From the NCBI RefSeq assembly GCF_009914755.1, contig NC_060926.1: 64,000 nucleotides of DNA; one strand, written 5' to 3'. Made by a program: the position numbers and the translations under genes. Positions 57,329 through 64,000 of this stretch are shown in pieces. Each line of letters opens with the position of its first letter. The stretch's first letter is position 1. Below the pieces are notes generated by a model that saw only the letters and a list, made by a program, of their open reading frames with translations, had not been told where the DNA came from and did not search any database. This stretch comes from the human T2T-CHM13v2.0 reference genome, Homo sapiens.

Positions 57329-58590
57329 CCTTGTTTAAGCCATTTGCAAGTAATTTACCACTTAAATAAACATAATGTAAATATTAAAATACAAAAACAT
57401 AAAATGGGGTTTTTAAAGGAAATAAACAATTTGGAGATACTCAACTCAACAAAATCATTTGTGTTATATGCATCTGTTTAAATATCATGCTGAGATTTTG
57501 CAGAAACTACTTTAGTTTCTATGGGAAGATAAAAAAGAACCGAATTATTGCATTCAGGTCTTTAAAATTCTCTTGCATTTATATTCCAACTCTGGCTTAT
57601 TAAAGGGGTCTGTGCTCCGTTAACATACACATGCGCTTACTATATAAACAGCTTAACTAGACATCTGCATTGACTGCATATAAGAGGCAGTTAACTTTTT
57701 GCCTTGTTTCTGTTCAACGATCTTGATATTTTAGTCTGCTGGCCAGATGAAACAAGATTGGTTTTTGGGTACCAGATGTGTCACAATTTGGGTTTGAATT
57801 TTGCAGGTGCTCCCCCCAGCTGGGAAGATGGAAGTTTGCCATCTTTTAGAGATGATGATTTGGGATAGAAGTAAAACTGTGTTAAAAATAATTCAACATA
57901 TTAATAGAGGGCCTTGTCCCTTGTGGGCTTCTTATGCATAACATATGAGCAGACCAGCAGCTGTTCTATATTTTAAAAGGAGCGTTAGAAAGTTAGAAGC
58001 ATACATAACTATTCAAAACACAAGCAACCGCTTGAAGTCATGGAAACAAGACTCAACAATAAACTTTTATTTGTGAAGCTTCCCCAAAAATAATAATCCC
58101 ACTGGGCTGTGTTCAGGTGGCCTTAGGGTACTGAACAATCTTTCCATTTCCATCATTTGAATTCACTAAAGCATCTCCCTTGTAAATGAAGAGTGGTAGA
58201 AATTAGTACATGTACTAGATATGGGGATTGGTTTCTAGCTGATTTCTACTCTTCAATACTTATATTTTTAAATTATAATTTAAAAAATACCTATGTATTT
58301 TTGCCATTTTCACATGTGCAAGAACCTAAAGCCCCATTGAGGACTGAGTTCTTAATAGTGTCATATCTTGTCTTACTCTCAGCCTCTAAAACAGAAGCTG
58401 TTAGGTGATGATGTTCCTTGTACATATTTGCACCTTCGAAATTCACCTAATGAATGTTAACCAGTGTCAAGGAACGGCAATGTTCTTTACCCTTGGCTTT
58501 ATAATAATCCTTACAGCAGGAAGGACGCTGTATGCTTTTTTGTCCAGCTCCTGGACCAGGGGAGTGTTAGACTCATTCTATCTTCACCAC

Positions 58591-58990
58591 TGTGTTAGGT
58601 CGCCCTTGCATTGCTATAAATAAATACCTGAACTGGGTAATTTATAAAGAAAAGAGGATTAATTGGTTCACGATTCTGCAGGCTATACGGGTAATGTGAT
58701 ACCACCGTCTGCTTCTGGTGAAGACCTCCGGAAGCTTACAATCATGGTGGAAAGCGAAGCAGGGAAGTAGGTATATCACATGGCCAGAACAGGAGCAAGG
58801 GAAATGAGGAGGAGCCAGACTTCTTTAAATAACCAGCTCTCATGTGAATGTGTTCCTGCAGGGAGGGCACCAAGCCAGTCATAAGGGACCCACCCCATGA
58901 CCCAAACACTTTCCACCAGGCCCCACCTCCAACATTGGAGGTCACATTGCAACATGAGATTTGGAGGGGAGAAACATCCAAACCGTATCA
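58591..58990 (-). mobile_element. MSTB/MSTA-like MaLR solo LTR
   Basis: TG...CA termini; GGAGGGCACCAAGCCAGTCATAAGGG; 5-bp TSD ACCAC/ATCAC. Confidence 0.9.
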
Positions 58991-60242
58991 ATCACTATTG
59001 CTCTCAAAGCTCCCCATTATTGGTAGAGATCCATCTGGATCTCTACTAATGGCCTCTTTTCTTCTGGAAACTGCTGTCCTCTCAAGTATAGTGAGGTCTA
59101 CATGACTGGTGTTTGCATTTCAGTTTCCAGAATTCAGGAGTATTTTGGGTAACACAATTACTTCTGCCTGTCTGGAGTTAAAGAGAACAATAAACTACAG
59201 TTCAAGAAGGTTATAAGAATCAGGTTGGTGGTATCTATGTTATTTCAATCCGATTGCATGTGAAAGCAGCGATGAAAAAGTCATGCAGCCAGAAAGGCTG
59301 GCCCATGATGTGGAGTGGACACTGTTCAAGAAGGGGTTTAAAAGGAAAGAGATTGCTTGTTGGTGTTGAAATTTGGAGTATGGCCAATGAAAAGAGCCCT
59401 AATCTAAGTCATAAGAACTGCATTCTAGGCATAGCACTCTTGCTCAACAAACTGCGATGTTGTGCAAGTCTTAAAAATAAGAGATTTTTTACAGGATGGT
59501 ATCTAAGTTCTAGAATCCTATTATTATTAAAAATAAGGGTATGAAATAGGAGATATTTTATATTTGGAGGAGATGGAGATTGCCAGTTGTTAAAGAAACT
59601 ACTTAAGAGGGAAATTTGGCAGCTGAAGTTAAATTATTCTCTTTTAGAGAGCTTAACAACCAAGAGGTCTTTCCTAACCACTGTAAAAAAATAACTGTGT
59701 CCAGTCAGAGAGCATGGAAGTCTCAGAGCCCAGGCCACAGGTATTACAACAGTGAAGTGTTGGAAACATCTACGTCAGTCCTCATTACTGAGGCTCACTG
59801 AGTAAAAACATAGGCATTTCCCTGAAAGCATGTTTGGAAGTGTGGGAACTCATGACTGGCCATTTTTTCCACTGGTGAGATAAGGTAAAATGACTTCCAG
59901 TTTAACATGAGTAATCAGATTGCAATTAGTTTCAGTGGAAAGGAACAAAAACATGCATAAGAGTGAATACTAAAAGTAATTGTTGTTTGAATTGCAATTT
60001 AAAAAACATAGTTAAATTGGATTATTTCTTACGTGCTCAGCGTTAATAATGAGACCATAAAGTGAAGATATGTTTTTTTTTGGTGGGCACTATTCATTTT
60101 TTTCTTCCACCAATGATAATGCTTTCTAATAGTCGCTGCGTACAAAGAAGACTCAGATGCTTTCAAAGATTTGGCAAATAGAGCTAACTCTTCTTTCAAT
60201 GGCGCATTCCTGGGAGATATATAGATATATAGATATAGATAA

Positions 60243-60533
60243 TTTTCTTTCCTGAGACAGGGTCTTGCTCTGTTGCCCAGGCTGGAGCGCAGTGGTGTAC
60301 TCACAGCTCACTGTAACCTCTACCTCCTGAGTTCAAGTAATCCACCCACCTCAGCCTCCCAAGTAGCTAGGACTACAGGAACATGCCACCACACCTCAGT
60401 AATATTTGTATGTTTTTGTAGAGATGGGGTTTCGCTATGTTGTCCATGCTGGTCTTGAACTCCTGGCTCAAGTGATCCACCTGCATTGGCTTCCCAAAGG
60501 GATAGGATTACAGGTGGGAGCCACCACACCTGG
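60243..60533 (-). mobile_element. AluJ
   Basis: GAGACAGGGTCTTGCTCTGTTGCCCAGGC...CTCCTGGCTCAAGTGATCC. Confidence 0.9.
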
Positions 60534-60549
60534 TTTTCAAAGCTGGAGG

Positions 60550-60690
60550 AAAACCTTGTTTCAATATCCCACTTTTATAGATTAAACCAAGGTACTGAGA
60601 AGCTAAGTGACTTCCCCAAGATCTCTTGGCTGGTTATTTTAGAATCAAGACTAAATAGACTCTTGGTTCTTCTATACCATCACACTATTA
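60550..60690 (-). mobile_element. MIR
   Basis: TTTTATAGATT...GAGAAGCTAAGTGACTTCCCCAAGATC. Confidence 0.65.
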
Positions 60691-61164
60691 GACATTGGAA
60701 GGAATTACTTTAGAATTTTCTCAATAAATGCTGAGAAAATTATGATAATAAATGACTGTGACAATAAATTATTTCCATAATTTTCATCTATGGGAGCAGG
60801 CTTAAATCAGTGATTTTCATGGAGGGAAGGAAAGAATCGTGTGTAGTTTGAAAACAGCAGAATTTTGTCCTACTGCTTTGATTTGTTTTTAGACATGATA
60901 TTTATTTTCAATTTCAAATTAAGAGAGCATGAGATATTTACGTTTATTGAGGATGATTGCACCTATAAAGGAACTCATGTATTAGCTTCTCAAAGCTTTT
61001 TCCAGGTTTTTGCTTCCATGAATTAAAACAATTTTTTTAAACTTGCTATTCTTTTTAGTCAAAGGCCAAACTAAAAATGGGTGAATTTAGGCTGTGAAAC
61101 TAGTGGATGAATAGTCTAGGAAACAGTTTCTTTTTGACACCCAAGATTGAAAAACAATAATCAC

Positions 61165-61960
61165 AGGTATAAACAGCTTATCAGCTGATGTTCATTAACT
61201 GATGAATAAACAAAGTGCGATAGATCTATACAATGGAATATTATTCAGTTGGAAAAAGAAATGAAGTACTGACACATGCTATAACATGGCTAAACCTTGA
61301 AAACATGCTGAGTGAAAGAAGCCAGACACAAAAGGCCACATATTATTGTATGATCTTATTTATATAAAACGTCCGGAATAGGCAAATCCATAGAAAGTAG
61401 ATTGTTGACTCCCAGAGGGGCTTATGGGAAGGGGAAATGGGAGTGACTGTTAACAGGTATGGGGTTTATTTTTGAGTGATGAAATGTTATGGAACTAGAT
61501 CAGTGGTCCCCAGCCTTTTTGGCACCAGGTTTGGTGGAAGACAATTTTTCCATGGGTGGGGATAGTGGGGGATGAGGGTGGGGAGGGGTGAGGGGATGGT
61601 TTGGGGATGAAACTGTTCCACCTCAGACCTCAGATTACCAGGCATCAGATTCTCATAAGGAGCACACAACCTAGATCCCTTGCATGCACAATAGGGTTCA
61701 TGCTTCTATGAGAATCTAATGCTGGGATGATCTGCCAGAAGGCAGAGCTCAGGTGGTAATGCTCGCCCACCACTCACCTCCTGCTGTGCGGCCCGGTTCC
61801 TAACAGGCCATGGACAGGTACCAGTCTGCAGCCCAGTTGTTGGGGGAGTGGTTGGGGGCCCCTGAACTAGATAGTGACGATATTTGCTCAACACTCTGAG
61901 TGTACTCCATGCCACTGAACTGTACACTTTAAAATGTCTAAAATGGTAAATTTTATCACA
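61165..61960 (+). mobile_element. L1MB (7/8-like) 3' end interrupted by MER1B
   Basis: GAAGTACTGACACATGCTATAACATGG, GAAGCCAGACACAAAAGGCCACATA, GCCACTGAACTGTACACTTTAAAATG. Confidence 0.85.
61501..61864 (+). mobile_element. MER1B hAT-Charlie element with perfect 8-bp TSD
   Basis: TIRs CAGTGGTCCCCAGCC / GGTTGGGGGCCCCTG; TSD AACTAGAT at 61493-61500 and 61865-61872. Confidence 0.93.
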
Positions 61961-62098
61961 ACAGAACAAAGAAATTGCCTCAGTGAAACTTCAGTATCAA
62001 CCCTCTTCCTTGTGTCTGTAATTTGTGGGTAGGACTAGGCTTTGGGATAAAAGGGCAAACATCTTGTCTGCAGTTAATGGCTTCCGCAGGCCCAGAAA

Positions 62099-62118
62099 AT
62101 ATATATATATATATATAT
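62099..62118. repeat. (TA)n microsatellite
   Basis: About 10 AT dinucleotide units. Confidence 0.85.
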
Positions 62119-64000
62119 TTGGAGGTAGAAATTGAGGGCCAGGGCTTAGCATAAACATTTCAGAGATTCCTGTTTCTTCTACAATTCCCTGGGGAGCCAT
62201 AGACAAGACCGGTTTTCTTGTTTAAGAGGGAAAAATGTGTTGGAAGAAGGTCTTAGGCTTTTTTTCTTTAACTGTTGCTATTCCCAGCTCTCACTTGAGA
62301 GCTGTTTTTGTATGTAGGAAAATCACTAGATTGATTAAAAATGGAAACATTTAGATCAAGCTGTAATTTATCTTGACTGTAAGCAATCATGTAGACAGGG
62401 TAAGAGGAATGAACTCAACAGTCTTGCTGTGTTGTGGCTGGTTGTTGACTCTGCTTCTGTGCTGTCCCTTGGTCAGATCTGTTCTCTCTCCACTGTTTCT
62501 GTGCCCCTTTAACCTTTAAGAGCCCATCCCCTACTCTCACAGAAGGAGTTTGTGTTTTGTTCCTTGGGCTTTTGCTGAACTTTCTTTTTGGCAATTTCTG
62601 CACATGAGTCAACTCTTTGAGAGGTATTTGTTTTAGCAGCAAGATTACCTGGTGACAGAGGTTATGCATATATGCTGTGAAACTAGACTTAAGAAAAAGT
62701 TGGCTGTTTTGTGGCATGATTTTAACTGTATTTTTGCTTCCTCATCTCCCAGTTTATTTATTAAAAAAAAAACCTAATGGTAGTTCTTGTGCTGGCACCT
62801 ATAACTGATGTTTATCCCAGATATAAAAATTATATTGGGGGCTACTGACTACACTGAAAAACCTCCAAAGATAGAGTGATCTTCTAAAGGAATATTTATT
62901 TTTATTTAAAAATATGATACATCAAAGTAAAGCAGTGACATTTTAAACAAGGAGACGTATAAAATATTCCATAGAATTCGGTAGGAGGGTAATTTGCTTA
63001 AGTTCACTGTCACTCTGGATGCCAGGAATAAAAACCATCATCATTTTCTTCCTCTGTGAGCATCAAGTACGAAGATGAGAAATTTTAGTTATAAATTAGT
63101 GAAGTGTTAGGATTTAAATTTTACTTAGAAATTAAAACTTCTCCAGTGAAATACCTTTTATCCATTTTGTTCTGCATCTTGTGGAAGTCCTGAATTCAGG
63201 GATGTTATTATATTTTCCGAGTTTGCTTCTTCAGGTCAGTTCCAATGTGGTTTAGAAGGAATTTATTTTCTCATATCCTCCCCATAGATTTCTCAATAGT
63301 ATAATTTTCTAGGGGATATCTGGTTCATTTTGGGAATTCTGGAAAATTTTGCTTACTGTTTTTTACAAAATATTCACAATCTAAAATTTCTGACAAAATT
63401 AAAAATACCCTACAGAAACCAGCATATTGTACAGCAATGATTTATTACTATATAATAAACAACCACCTTTAGGCTGGATATGAAAATAAAAACCAACACA
63501 AATATGGCAGATCCCCATTTTCTAAAGAAATATATCTTTATTGACCTTTTCCATTTTCTTACAAAGCAGTTAAAAACTCATTCTTACCCTTGCATGCTAT
63601 TCAATGGTTATGATGGCTGCCTCCTTATGAGACTGTTAGTGGAGCTCTAGTAAGTTTCCTTAAGCACCACAGAAGATCATCATTGCTTGGTCCCACTTTT
63701 ATAGGAAAGAATCCAAGTTTCACCAGATAGTGTATACTTAGCTCTCTTGAAGAAGACCAGTTTAGTGGATTAATGTCTAATTTACATATAGTAATAAAGA
63801 CAAACTTTGAATCTTTACATATTAAATGCCCACTTTATACCATGGTGTAATTGTTTGAATTATGGGTGAGTGTACAGTATAGAGATGTAGATGCACTAGA
63901 TATATCTATAAATAAAATAGTGCTTTAAGGTAACAATATTCTTTGGCTGACTTAAATGCCTGTGGTTGACTCTTAGAAAAGACTAAAATGAAAATGGCCC

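Overview
Human genomic DNA (an AluYa5 with all five diagnostic positions is human-specific). It is AT-rich and dominated by transposable elements, and I recognise no protein-coding exon, so it is probably intergenic or deep intronic. Main architecture: (i) a full-length L1PA4-type LINE-1 on + (11.2-17.3 kb, 14-bp TSD), followed by an older L1MA8/9 3' half; (ii) a formerly full-length L1PA16/L1P4-type element on + (21.1-35.8 kb) carrying nested insertions of AluJ, a half AluY, a solo LTR8, another AluJ and a full-length L1PA6 on -; (iii) a two-LTR LTR54/MER4-group provirus on - (42.0-50.1 kb) with a tRNA-Leu-type PBS and no ORFs; (iv) many smaller Alu, MIR, L2, MaLR, LTR16 and DNA-transposon relics. 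Most notable signals: unexpected CpG preservation plus strong splice donors across old repeats at 21-22.8 kb (candidate TE-built, germline-unmethylated promoter); a ~280-bp monomer array in that old L1 5'UTR; two ATG-initiated L1 ORF0 frames pointing outward, one in frame with a candidate 90-nt exon; a template-switch hairpin in an Alu; and an AluYa5 whose single substitution creates an AP-1 site. Subfamily names come from recalled consensus sequences and need a RepeatMasker/Dfam run. I found no evidence for a new protein-based system.
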